A stretch of DNA of 64,000 nt from Oscillospiraceae bacterium (lineage in GTDB: Bacteria; Bacillota; Clostridia; Oscillospirales; Oscillospiraceae). The position numbers and the translations under genes were made by a program. The stretch is from the NCBI GenBank assembly GCA_022793095.1, contig JAAWCD010000002.1, positions 13,037 to 77,036 of the forward strand. Reading direction: 5' to 3'. The notes under the pieces are model-generated. The model had not been told where the DNA came from. It did not search any database and saw only the letters and a list, made by a program, of their open reading frames with translations. This document shows positions 36,010 to 44,093 of the stretch, in pieces (the first letter of the stretch is position 1; each line of letters opens with the position of its first letter).

Positions 36010-37410
36010 GTGGTCTTTTCCAGCCTTTATTTTCTGTTCCTCTATCTTCCGGCAGTGCTGGCGGCCTACTATCTGGCCCCGCTCCGGTGGCGAAACGCTG
36101 TTTTGCTGGTCCTCAACCTCATCTTCTACGGCTGGGGTGAGCCGGTCTATATCCTCATCATGTTCGCCTCCATCGCGATCGACTACACCCATGGCATGCT
36201 TGTGGCCCGCGCCAAGCAGCACGGCAACGACAAGGCCGCACGGCTGGCCGTGGCCTCCTCTGTCATTTTCAATCTGGGCCTCCTCTTCTTCTTCAAGTAC
36301 TGGGACTTTATCGCTGGAAGCCTGCCGGCCATCGGCCTGGGCTTCATGCCCAAGCTGGGCCTGGAACTGCCCATCGGCATTTCCTTCTACACCTTCCAGA
36401 CCATGAGCTACACCATCGACGTCTACCGGGGCGATGCGCGGGAACAGCGGAACATTGTCACCTTCGGCACCTTTGTCACCCTGTTCCCCCAGCTCATCGC
36501 CGGCCCCATCATCAAATACAAGGACCTGGACGGCCAGCTGGAACAGCGGAACCACACGGTGGAGCGCTTTGCCTCGGGTATTCAGCGTTTTATGGTGGGC
36601 CTGGGCAAAAAGGTCCTGCTGGCCAACCGCCTGGGCGCCCTGTGGGATGTCTATCTGGCCACGCCAGGCGCGGATCTCACCACCCTTGGGGCCTGGCTTG
36701 GCATTTTGGCCTTTACTCTTCAGCTCTACTTCGACTTCTCCGGCTACTCCGACATGGCTATCGGCCTGGGCCGGATGCTGGGCTTTGAGTTTCTTGAAAA
36801 CTTCAACTACCCCTACCTTGCCAAGTCGGCCACCGAATTCTGGCGGCGCTGGCACATTTCTCTGGGGACCTGGTTCCGGGAATACCTCTACATCCCCTTG
36901 GGCGGAAACCGGGTGGGAAAGGCCCGGCTGGTGTTCAACCTGATGCTGGTCTGGGCGGCAACCGGAATCTGGCATGGGGCCAGCTGGAATTTCTTGATTT
37001 GGGGCCTCTTTTACGGCGTCATCATTTTAATCGAAAAGCTGTTCCTGCTCAGGCAGCTGGACAAACTCCCCGGCTGGGCGGGCCATGTGTACGGTCTGTT
37101 TGTGGTCATGGTGGGCTGGGCCATTTTCGCTGTGGAGGACTTCACCGCCCTGGGCCTCTACTTGAAGGCCATGTTCGGCTTCGGGGCGGGGCTGATGGAC
37201 AACACATGCCTGTACTATTTCCGGGATTATCTGCCCACCCTGGTTTTGGCGGCAGTGGGTTCCACGCCTGTGGTGGCCGCATTGTGGCGGAAGCTGCCGG
37301 AACGGGCTTGGAAGGCCGCTCTGCCTGTGCTGATTCTGGCGGGTCTTATCTGGTCCACCGCCTATCTGGTGGATGGGAGTTACAATCCCTTCCTCTATTT
37401 CCGTTTCTAA
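36010..37410 (+). CDS. MBOAT-family membrane O-acyltransferase (AlgI/DltB-like)
   Basis: (M)VFSSLYFLFLYLP..., FWRRWHISL histidine motif. GTG start. Confidence 0.92.
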   Translation: MVFSSLYFLFLYLPAVLAAYYLAPLRWRNAVLLVLNLIFYGWGEPVYILIMFASIAIDYTHGMLVARAKQHGNDKAARLAVASSVIFNLGLLFFFKYWDFIAGSLPAIGLGFMPKLGLELPIGISFYTFQTMSYTIDVYRGDAREQRNIVTFGTFVTLFPQLIAGPIIKYKDLDGQLEQRNHTVERFASGIQRFMVGLGKKVLLANRLGALWDVYLATPGADLTTLGAWLGILAFTLQLYFDFSGYSDMAIGLGRMLGFEFLENFNYPYLAKSATEFWRRWHISLGTWFREYLYIPLGGNRVGKARLVFNLMLVWAATGIWHGASWNFLIWGLFYGVIILIEKLFLLRQLDKLPGWAGHVYGLFVVMVGWAIFAVEDFTALGLYLKAMFGFGAGLMDNTCLYYFRDYLPTLVLAAVGSTPVVAALWRKLPERAWKAALPVLILAGLIWSTAYLVDGSYNPFLYFRF

Positions 37411-37423
37411 AGGAGGCGCGCCC

Positions 37424-38551
37424 ATGTCCAAACGGTATTCCATCTTTTTAACTGCCCTGTTCTGCCTGTTTCTCTTCGGTTTCGGTGCGCTCCATCTCGC
37501 CCTGCCGGACCGGACCTTCTCCGAGCAGGAAAACCGCAACCTCGCCCAGTTTAAGGCCCCTACGGCGAAAACTCTGCAATCCGGCAAGTTTATGGAGGAT
37601 TTTCAGGACTATGTCACCGACCAGTTCCCTCTGCGGGACAGCTTTGTGGCCCTGAAGGCCCTCACAGAACGGGGGCTTGGCAAGCGGGAGAACAACGGGG
37701 TCTATCTGAGCCGGGACGGGCAGACCTTATTCGCCCAATTTACCGCGCCCTCCAAGGATGATTTGGCACAGCGGGTCGGTTATGTCAACAAGCTGGCGGA
37801 TAATCTCTCTGTTCCCGTCTATTTTTCCCTGATTCCGGACAAAAGCCGGTTGTGGGCGGACCGCCTGCCGGCCAACGCGCCTCGGGTGGACGACGGCTCC
37901 ACCATCGCCGCAGCGGAACCCCTTTGCTCGGATCAGGTTTGTTGGATTGACCTGAGCGGCGCCCTGCATGGGGATGACATTTTCTACCGCACAGACCACC
38001 ATTGGACCACAATGGGCGCTTACCAGGGCTATCTGGGGCTTTCCTCCGGCATGGGGGGATCGGGGGCGGTATTTGATTATCCCTATGTTCTGCGGTCTGA
38101 CTCCTTTTACGGAACCACCTGGTCTTCCTCCGGCGCATCCTGGGTGAAGCCAGATGAACTGTACTCTGTGATTCCCGAGGGCGGGGAGTACGGCAGAATC
38201 ACCGTTACTTCTTACCGGGACGGCGCGCCGGAGGCGGGAAGCCTCTATGATGAAAGCTTCTTGGAGAAAAAGGACAAGTACTCCTTCTTTCTGGGGGGCA
38301 ATCAGCCCCTGTGCGTCATCTCCAATCCGGACGCCAAGGGCGGGAAGCTACTGGTGGTGCGGGACTCCTATTCCGACGCTCTGGCGCCCTTCCTGGCACT
38401 GGAATTTCAGGAGGTTCACCTTTTTGACCTGCGGTACAACCGGACTTCCCTCAAGCAGTATGTGGAGGAAAACGGCATCGGCCAAGTGCTGGTCCTCTAC
38501 TCCCTCGCCAATTTTACAACCGACGGAAACCTGTTCCTTCTGGGACGGTGA
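37424..38551 (+). CDS. DHHW-family protein (AlgJ/AlgX-like partner of MBOAT)
   Basis: N-terminal TM segment. YRTDHHWTTMGAY motif. GGAGG precedes the ATG at 37424. Confidence 0.85.
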   Translation: MSKRYSIFLTALFCLFLFGFGALHLALPDRTFSEQENRNLAQFKAPTAKTLQSGKFMEDFQDYVTDQFPLRDSFVALKALTERGLGKRENNGVYLSRDGQTLFAQFTAPSKDDLAQRVGYVNKLADNLSVPVYFSLIPDKSRLWADRLPANAPRVDDGSTIAAAEPLCSDQVCWIDLSGALHGDDIFYRTDHHWTTMGAYQGYLGLSSGMGGSGAVFDYPYVLRSDSFYGTTWSSSGASWVKPDELYSVIPEGGEYGRITVTSYRDGAPEAGSLYDESFLEKKDKYSFFLGGNQPLCVISNPDAKGGKLLVVRDSYSDALAPFLALEFQEVHLFDLRYNRTSLKQYVEENGIGQVLVLYSLANFTTDGNLFLLGR

Positions 38552-38554
38552 CAA

Positions 38555-38583
38555 AAGCCCGGCAGCCAATTGACTGCCGGGCT
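38555..38583 (+). repeat. left copy of a 29-bp duplicated terminator hairpin flanking B3
   Basis: AAGCCCGGCAGCCAATTGACTGCCGGGCT versus 38764-38792 (28/29). Confidence 0.85.
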
Positions 38584-38763
38584 CAGGCTGTCGAGTTTCT
38601 CGACAGCCTGAAGCTGATTTCGTCATTCTGACGAAATCAGTCGCCTGCGGGCGGGTGACTGCACGCGAAAGCGGGGGCTCTGCCCCCCTTTCACACTATC
38701 CCCCCACTCAAAGCCCTCGCAGTTTTGTCATCCTATTTTTAATTTCCTCTTTTTTGACAAGCT
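38584..38763 (+). mobile_element. family B 180-bp MITE-like element, copy B3
   Basis: CAGGCTGTCGAGTTTCTCGACAGCCTGAAGCTGATTTCGTCATTCTGACGAAATCAG...TTTTGACAAGCT. Confidence 0.85.
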
Positions 38764-38792
38764 AAGCCCGGCAGTCAATTGACTGCCGGGCT
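38764..38792 (+). terminator. right copy of the duplicated hairpin (followed by TTTTT)
   Basis: AAGCCCGGCAGTCAATTGACTGCCGGGCT + TTTTC. Confidence 0.7.
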
Positions 38793-38876
38793 TTTTCACA
38801 TGTGACGCGATTCTAGGTCCGCTTACCAGACTGGGGAAAAGGCCCTTCTCCCAAAGGGCGCCGCACTTACACCCGA

Positions 38877-38916
38877 TTAAAGTTCTTTTGCCTACTTTTC
38901 TTTCAAGAAAAGTAGG
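38877..38916 (+). repeat. family A unit A14
   Basis: TTAAAGTTCTTTTG + CCTACTTTTCTTTCAAGAAAAGTAGG. 39 nt are identical to A4. It ends 1 nt before the ricT stop. Confidence 0.9.
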
Positions 38917-38917
38917 A

Positions 38918-40111
38918 TTAAACCGTGCCTGGCTTGCCGCCGCCCTCCGGGCGGGGCTTACGGTGGCGGGGACGGTGGCGGCGGTGATGATCGTCGCTCC
39001 GGCTTTCTTCCCGGTTCTGGCGGAGAGCTTCCTCCGCCGCCTTGGGCTGACGGTTCCGGGCGGGCTGTTGGCTGGCGGCCTCCGGGTGGGCGGTCTCCTC
39101 CTGTTTGGACCGGCCGCCGGTTGGCCGCTGCTGGGGGCGGCGCTGCTGCTGTTGACGGTTCCGGCGGCGCTCCTCGTTCGCCTGAGCGCCTTCCTCCTGG
39201 GAAGCCGCCGGTGGCGCAGAGGCCCCAACTGTGGGCCGCAGGCGGGGCGCAGGCCGCTCGCTGGGCTCCGGAAGCTCGTAGCCCTCCGGCCGTTTGCCCT
39301 TGCCCGACCGGACCACGCAGATCTGGTCACAGCCGAAGCATCGGGGCTGCTCCGGTTCCTGGTCCAGGCGGACCTTCACCGTCTCCCGCAGCAGGTTGAC
39401 CTGGCTGACCGTGCCCACGCCTTCTGGCGTCTCCACCAGAGAATCCATTTTTGGCACCCGCTTTACCGCGTCCTCATAGGCGTCCTGCTCATATTTCAGA
39501 CAGCACATCAGACGGCCGCAGGTGCCGGAGATCTTGGAGGGATTGAGCGAAAGGTTTTGCGTTTTGGCCATTTTGATGGACACCGGCTGAAAGTCCTCCA
39601 GGAAGGAGGAGCAGCAGAAGGGACGGCCGCAAATGCCAATACCCCCCAGCATTTTCGCCTCGTCCCGGACGCCGATTTGACGCAGCTCAATGCGGGTCCG
39701 GAACACTGAGGCCAGGTCCTTGACCAGCTCCCGGAAGTCTACCCGGCCCTCGGCGGTGAAGAAGAAGAGAATTTTATTGCCCTCAAAATTGTATTCTACG
39801 TCCACCAGCTTCATTTCCAGCTGGTGCTCCAGGATTTTCTGCTGGCAGATGACCCCTGCTTTTTCCTCTTTTTTGTGGTTTTCCTCCACCTTCTTTTCGT
39901 CCTCCGGCGTGGCAATCCGGAGCACCGGGCGCAGGGGTGCGAGAAGGGCCATTTCGTCCACCATGGTGTTGCCCTCCGTACACTCGCCGAACTCCACACC
40001 TCGGGCGGTCTCAATGATGACCTTTTCTCCCGGCTCCACCTTCAGGCCGTTGGGATTGAAATAGTATGCCTTTCCGCCTTCCTTGAACCGGACGGAAATG
40101 ATTTCTACCAT
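38918..40111 (-). CDS. ricT: PSP1-domain protein RicT/YaaT with an Arg/Gln/Pro-rich C-terminal extension
   Basis: MVEIISVRFKEGGKAYYFNP..., the cysteine cluster GICGRPFCCSSF...GTCGRLMCCLKYE, and synteny with holB. Confidence 0.9.
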   Translation of the reverse strand: MVEIISVRFKEGGKAYYFNPNGLKVEPGEKVIIETARGVEFGECTEGNTMVDEMALLAPLRPVLRIATPEDEKKVEENHKKEEKAGVICQQKILEHQLEMKLVDVEYNFEGNKILFFFTAEGRVDFRELVKDLASVFRTRIELRQIGVRDEAKMLGGIGICGRPFCCSSFLEDFQPVSIKMAKTQNLSLNPSKISGTCGRLMCCLKYEQDAYEDAVKRVPKMDSLVETPEGVGTVSQVNLLRETVKVRLDQEPEQPRCFGCDQICVVRSGKGKRPEGYELPEPSERPAPRLRPTVGASAPPAASQEEGAQANEERRRNRQQQQRRPQQRPTGGRSKQEETAHPEAASQQPARNRQPKAAEEALRQNREESRSDDHHRRHRPRHRKPRPEGGGKPGTV

Positions 40112-40140
40112 AATCGCGTTCCTCGTTTTCTTCCGTTTTT

Positions 40141-40186
40141 CTTCTTTTTCTTGAAAGAAAAAGAAGTAAAAAGAGCTTTATACTGG
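40141..40186 (-). repeat. family A unit A15
   Basis: CTTCTTTTTCTTGAAAGAAAAAGAAG + TAAAAAGAGCTTTATACTGG. Confidence 0.9.
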
Positions 40187-40189
40187 TTT

Positions 40190-41167
40190 CTACTGAATGA
40201 TTTCCGCACATTCGGCGCACAGCTGTCCCATCAGGTGCCCCCCGCCCACATGAAACGCGCAGGCAGGTCCCACCTGGTCCATCACTTCCTTCAGCCGCAG
40301 GAGCTGGCTTTTGGTCAGGCTGGCGGCCAGGCTTTCAGCGATTCTTTTCCGGTCCGGGTCAAGCTCGCCGCCGCCCACCAGGGCGTCCCGGAGCAGGAGG
40401 CCGCAGGATTCTGCGAAGGTCTCCAGCTCTTCCCGGCTGCATTTCTCCATGCCCACGGCACATTCCACGAGGGGCAGCTCCTTCCGGCCCGCCAAATGGC
40501 CGCAGAAGGCCAGCGCCAATTCCCGGCCCCGGCTGTCCTCGCTACCGGCCCCGCTCAGCTCCTCCACCGCCGCACCTAAAATGCCCTCACACCGGACGGC
40601 AGCAGCTGCCAGCGCCTCCTCCGGCTGGTCCGGAAACCGGCGGCGCAGCTCGTCCAGGGTCTCGCCGTAGGTAAGAGGGGAAAGGGTCAGCTCCACACAA
40701 CGGGACCGGACCGTCTCCAGCAGAGTCTCCGAAGGCCCGGTAATCATCAGAAAGGCCGCGTAAGCCGGCCCATCCTCCAGCAGCTTGAGCAGGGCATTCT
40801 GGGCGCTGGAGTTCATGCTTCCGGCGTTTTCCACCAGGTAGACCTTCCGGTCCCCCTCGTTGGGCCGGATGTAGGCATCCGACCGCAGGGACCGGACCGC
40901 GTCCACCTTCACGTCCTTGCCGTCGCCGCCCACCCGAATCAGGTCGGGATGGATGCCCGCCGCGGCCTTCCGGCAGTGGACGCAGGTTCCGCAGGGACGC
41001 GCTCCAGACCCGGAGCATAACAGCGCCTGGGCCAGGCAGAGGGCCAGGGTCCGCCGGCCTGAACCGGCAGGCCCGCTGATGATGTAAGCATGGGACAGAT
41101 CCCGCCCGCCGGCAGCGCCCAGCAGCTTTTTTAAAGATGCGTTGCCCGCCAATGTGTCTAAATTCAT
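40190..41167 (-). CDS. holB: DNA polymerase III subunit delta-prime
   Basis: SHAYIISGPAGSGRRTLALCLAQALLC...CGTCVHCRK zinc module. Synteny with ricT and darA. ATG at 41167 (MNLDTL). Confidence 0.87.
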   Translation of the reverse strand: MNLDTLAGNASLKKLLGAAGGRDLSHAYIISGPAGSGRRTLALCLAQALLCSGSGARPCGTCVHCRKAAAGIHPDLIRVGGDGKDVKVDAVRSLRSDAYIRPNEGDRKVYLVENAGSMNSSAQNALLKLLEDGPAYAAFLMITGPSETLLETVRSRCVELTLSPLTYGETLDELRRRFPDQPEEALAAAAVRCEGILGAAVEELSGAGSEDSRGRELALAFCGHLAGRKELPLVECAVGMEKCSREELETFAESCGLLLRDALVGGGELDPDRKRIAESLAASLTKSQLLRLKEVMDQVGPACAFHVGGGHLMGQLCAECAEIIQ

Positions 41168-41207
41168 TGAAGTTTCCTTCTCCATTTTCGTTTGGACGTT
41201 GTTTATC

Positions 41208-41246
41208 GTTCTTTTTTGGTTCTTTTTCCTTCAAGAAAAAAGAACC
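41208..41246 (+). repeat. family A unit A16a (tail truncated)
   Basis: GTTCTTTTTTG + GTTCTTTTTCCTTCAAGAAAAAAGAACC. Confidence 0.75.
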
Positions 41247-41254
41247 GGCAGTTT

Positions 41255-41290
41255 CTCTTCTTTTCTTGAAGGAAAAGAACTTCAAACTGG
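41255..41290 (-). repeat. family A unit A16b (internal deletion)
   Basis: CTCTTCTTTTCTTGAAGGAAAAGAACTTCAAACTGG. Confidence 0.75.
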
Positions 41291-41304
41291 TTCGGAACTC
41301 CGGC

Positions 41305-41628
41305 CTAAACCCGTTCAAACCGCTCAATATCCACCACGAATATGGTGGCGCCCCCAACCACAACCTCCACAGGCATGCTGGGATAGTACCCATAATTCAT
41401 TTCCGTGGTGGCGGGAATCATCTGCTTCCGGCTGTGGGAGTGCTCTTTCACAATGTCGATGACCGTCTGTACCTTCTCCTCGTCCACGCCCACCAGAATG
41501 GTCACATTCCCGGCCAGCAGAAAACCGCCGGTAGTGGCCAGCTTGGTGGAGGAAAACCCCTGCTTGGTTAGGGACTGGGTGACTGCATTGGCGTCATCAT
41601 GGTTTACAATCGCAAGAATCAGCTTCAT
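41305..41628 (-). CDS. darA: PII-like cyclic-di-AMP receptor (DarA/PstA/YaaQ family)
   Basis: MKLILAIVNHDDANAVTQSLTKQGFSSTKLATTGGFLLAGNVTILVGV... AAGGAGG precedes the ATG at 41628. Confidence 0.87.
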   Translation of the reverse strand: MKLILAIVNHDDANAVTQSLTKQGFSSTKLATTGGFLLAGNVTILVGVDEEKVQTVIDIVKEHSHSRKQMIPATTEMNYGYYPSMPVEVVVGGATIFVVDIERFERV

Positions 41629-41688
41629 AAAACAAACCTCCTTCTCAGAAGCGGCCAAACCGCCCACAACACAACAGCGGTTTGCCTT

Positions 41689-42999
41689 TTACTGAATGAC
41701 CTCGGTTTCACTTTCGATATTATACCCTATTTTATTCAAATAGGCCAGATATTTTTTCTGGATAAGCTCACCCGGCGCCAACACCGGAATTCCAGGCGGG
41801 TAAGGCGCAATCTGACTCGCCGCAATCCGGCCCGCCGCCGCCGAAAGAGCCATTGTCTCCCGTGAAGCAAACAGGGCCTCCCGCGGGGTAAGCCGGGCCT
41901 CCGGAATTTCAGGCGGATCCGGCAGAGTTTCCACAATATCAGCGGATTTTGTGGAAAACTTGCTCATTCCCTCCTCCAGCCGCTCCACCTCTGCCGGGCC
42001 GTCCTGCCCGGTCAAAATCATCACCACATGGCCGGTGTCGCTCATCTCCGGGTAAATGCCCTCCTGTTCCAGCGCCCGCTGGGCCTCCGGCCCATTGCCC
42101 ACCCGCCAGACAAAGCGGGCCGGGTCCAGCGCTGCCCCTTTCGGCTGGAGGGAGGGCCAGCGCCGCCGCAGGCCCTCTGTCAGCCGGGCGGTCCGCCTGT
42201 ACCGCTCCGCGCCCCCTTCCTCCATCCAGGCCCGAACCCAATCCAGCGCCGCCATCATGGGGTAAGAGGGGGAGGAGGATCCATAAATAGAACCGGCCCG
42301 GCGGAGCTCCCGATGAGCAAAACCCTGTGCAAACAGCAGAGCAGCCTGACCCGGCGCAGGCAGGGTTTTATGGGCCGACACCACCAGCAAATCCACCCCC
42401 TCAAAGGGGTTTTCCAACAGCCAGGGCAGATGCGCTCCATGGGCTCCGTCCACGACCAATCTGCCCCCACGGGCGTGGACAATCGCAGAAATTCGCTTCA
42501 AATCTGACAACACACCGTAATAAGTTGGAGAAGTAATACAAACAGTTCTGATTTCCGGGTGCTTCTCCAGCTGCCGGGCCACCAAATCAGGGTCAATGGG
42601 TCCGGTCACTCCATCCAGCCAGGGGCGGGAAAGGTAGACGGGCCGCAGGTCCAGAAGCGCCATGGCATGGTAGACGGACCGGTGGCTGCCCCGGTCCACC
42701 AGAAGGGTATCACCGGGAGAACAGGCCAAAGTCAGTGCAGTGTGAATTCCCTGAGTGGAGCCGCCGGTAAGGAACAGGCACTGGTCCATACCAAACCGCT
42801 CCGCCCAAAGGCTCTGCGCCTCCATAACCGGGCCCTCGCCGCCGAACAGGTCGCCAGTGGGGGGGAGCTCGGTGAAGTCCAGCCGGGCAGCGGCGGACCA
42901 CTCCGGCAGAGGCATGGTTCCATGGTGGCCCGGCATGTGGAGACGGAGCGGACGGGTATCCGCAAAGGCCCGGAGCGCAGAAAGCAGGGGGGTAGCCAT
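41689..42999 (-). CDS. PLP-dependent Orn/Lys/Arg decarboxylase-family protein (YaaO-like)
   Basis: 436 aa with LHMPGHHG, VSAHKTLPA (PLP lysine). Synteny with darA and holB. Confidence 0.83.
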   Translation of the reverse strand: MATPLLSALRAFADTRPLRLHMPGHHGTMPLPEWSAAARLDFTELPPTGDLFGGEGPVMEAQSLWAERFGMDQCLFLTGGSTQGIHTALTLACSPGDTLLVDRGSHRSVYHAMALLDLRPVYLSRPWLDGVTGPIDPDLVARQLEKHPEIRTVCITSPTYYGVLSDLKRISAIVHARGGRLVVDGAHGAHLPWLLENPFEGVDLLVVSAHKTLPAPGQAALLFAQGFAHRELRRAGSIYGSSSPSYPMMAALDWVRAWMEEGGAERYRRTARLTEGLRRRWPSLQPKGAALDPARFVWRVGNGPEAQRALEQEGIYPEMSDTGHVVMILTGQDGPAEVERLEEGMSKFSTKSADIVETLPDPPEIPEARLTPREALFASRETMALSAAAGRIAASQIAPYPPGIPVLAPGELIQKKYLAYLNKIGYNIESETEVIQ

Positions 43000-43151
43000 T
43001 AAAATTCCTCCTTATTGTTCATCTATGCAAGCTTGAAGCACGGCGGGGGCGAAGCCACGCCGGATCTGCGGGCTGGAATGGCAACGAAAGCGGGGCTTCA
43101 TCGTTTTGGTTCTCTTGCCGTTCCTGTCATGGCAAAGTACAAGGCGCCCTG

Positions 43152-43183
43152 TTTTCCACAATTATGCCTTGTTTTGTGGAAAA
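43152..43183. promoter_or_regulatory. inverted pair of DnaA boxes
   Basis: TTTTCCACA (43152-43160), a 14-nt spacer, then TGTGGAAAA (43175-43183). Confidence 0.45.
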
Positions 43184-43215
43184 TTTAAAGTTCTTTTCCT
43201 TGAAAGAAAAAGAAG
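43183..43215 (+). repeat. family A unit A17 (compact)
   Basis: ATTTAAAGTTCTTTTCCTTGAAAGAAAAAGAAG. Confidence 0.75.
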
Positions 43216-43225
43216 CGATAGAAAA

Positions 43226-43249
43226 ACGGACCGGCTTTCGCCGGTCCGT
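43226..43249 (-). terminator. intrinsic terminator after jag
   Basis: Minus strand: ACGGACCGGC-GAAA-GCCGGTCCGT followed by TTTTTC. Confidence 0.75.
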
Positions 43250-43261
43250 CCGTCATTCTGT

Positions 43262-44077
43262 TTACTCGTCCCGGCTATATGCCACCACAATGTGGCGGTT
43301 AGGCTCCGAGCCGGTAGAATAGGTTGTCACATGCCGGTACTCCTGGAGGGCTGTATGAATCACATGCCGCTCGTAGGCGTTCATGGGCTCCAGCATCACA
43401 TTCTTGCGGTATTTGACCACTTTACCCGCCATCTTGAAGGCCAGCCGCTGGAGGGATTCCTCCCGCTTAGCCCGGTAGTTTTCCGCGTCAATGTGAATTC
43501 TCACCCGCTTTGACTGACCGTGGTTCACCGCGTAATTCGTCAGCTGCTGGATGGCGTCCAAAGTCTCGCCGCGGCGGCCAATCAGAGAGCCCAGATTTTC
43601 ACCCACCAAATCCACATCCAGATTGCCTTCCGGCGTCTCTGTAATCTTGGGCGTGGCCTTCATGTCCATATGGGCCAGCAGGCCTACCAAAAACGCTTCC
43701 GTTTTCTCCGCCCGGCTCCCAGAAGCGGCAGGCTCCGCTGGAGCAGCGGGAGACTCCGCCTTCTTCTCCTGCCTGACTTCCTTCCCTGGCGGCACGGGCG
43801 CGACGGGCTGGACCGCAGGTTTGGGCTCCTCCCGCACCGGCTGCGGGGCCGGGGCAGACACCGGTTTTACCTCCGGCCCGGCAGAGACGGGCTCCTCATC
43901 CTCAGCCTCATAGCTCACTTTAACCTTGGCCGGTACGCTGCCGATGCCAAGAAAACCCTTCTTGGCCCGGCCCAGCACCTCCACCGATACATCGTCCCGG
44001 TCCATGCCCAGCTGTGCGAGAGCCTTTGCTACGGCATCCTCCTCGCTGCTGCCGGTCATCTCAATATACTTGATCAT
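43262..44077 (-). CDS. jag: Jag/KhpB RNA-binding protein (Jag_N, KH, R3H)
   Basis: MIKYIEMTGSSEEDAVAKALAQLG..., a Pro-rich linker, then a C-terminal KH and R3H (ERHVIHTAL). Synteny with yidC. Confidence 0.9.
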   Translation of the reverse strand: MIKYIEMTGSSEEDAVAKALAQLGMDRDDVSVEVLGRAKKGFLGIGSVPAKVKVSYEAEDEEPVSAGPEVKPVSAPAPQPVREEPKPAVQPVAPVPPGKEVRQEKKAESPAAPAEPAASGSRAEKTEAFLVGLLAHMDMKATPKITETPEGNLDVDLVGENLGSLIGRRGETLDAIQQLTNYAVNHGQSKRVRIHIDAENYRAKREESLQRLAFKMAGKVVKYRKNVMLEPMNAYERHVIHTALQEYRHVTTYSTGSEPNRHIVVAYSRDE

Positions 44078-44093
44078 CAGAGCGTCGCTCCTC

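Noticed and set aside
38584-38626. A conserved peptide MTKSASGC... encoded on the antisense strand of all three family B copies.
   Set aside because: The ORF starts inside hairpin 2 and immediately runs out of the element into unrelated flanks, giving different sequences and lengths at each locus. There is no RBS.
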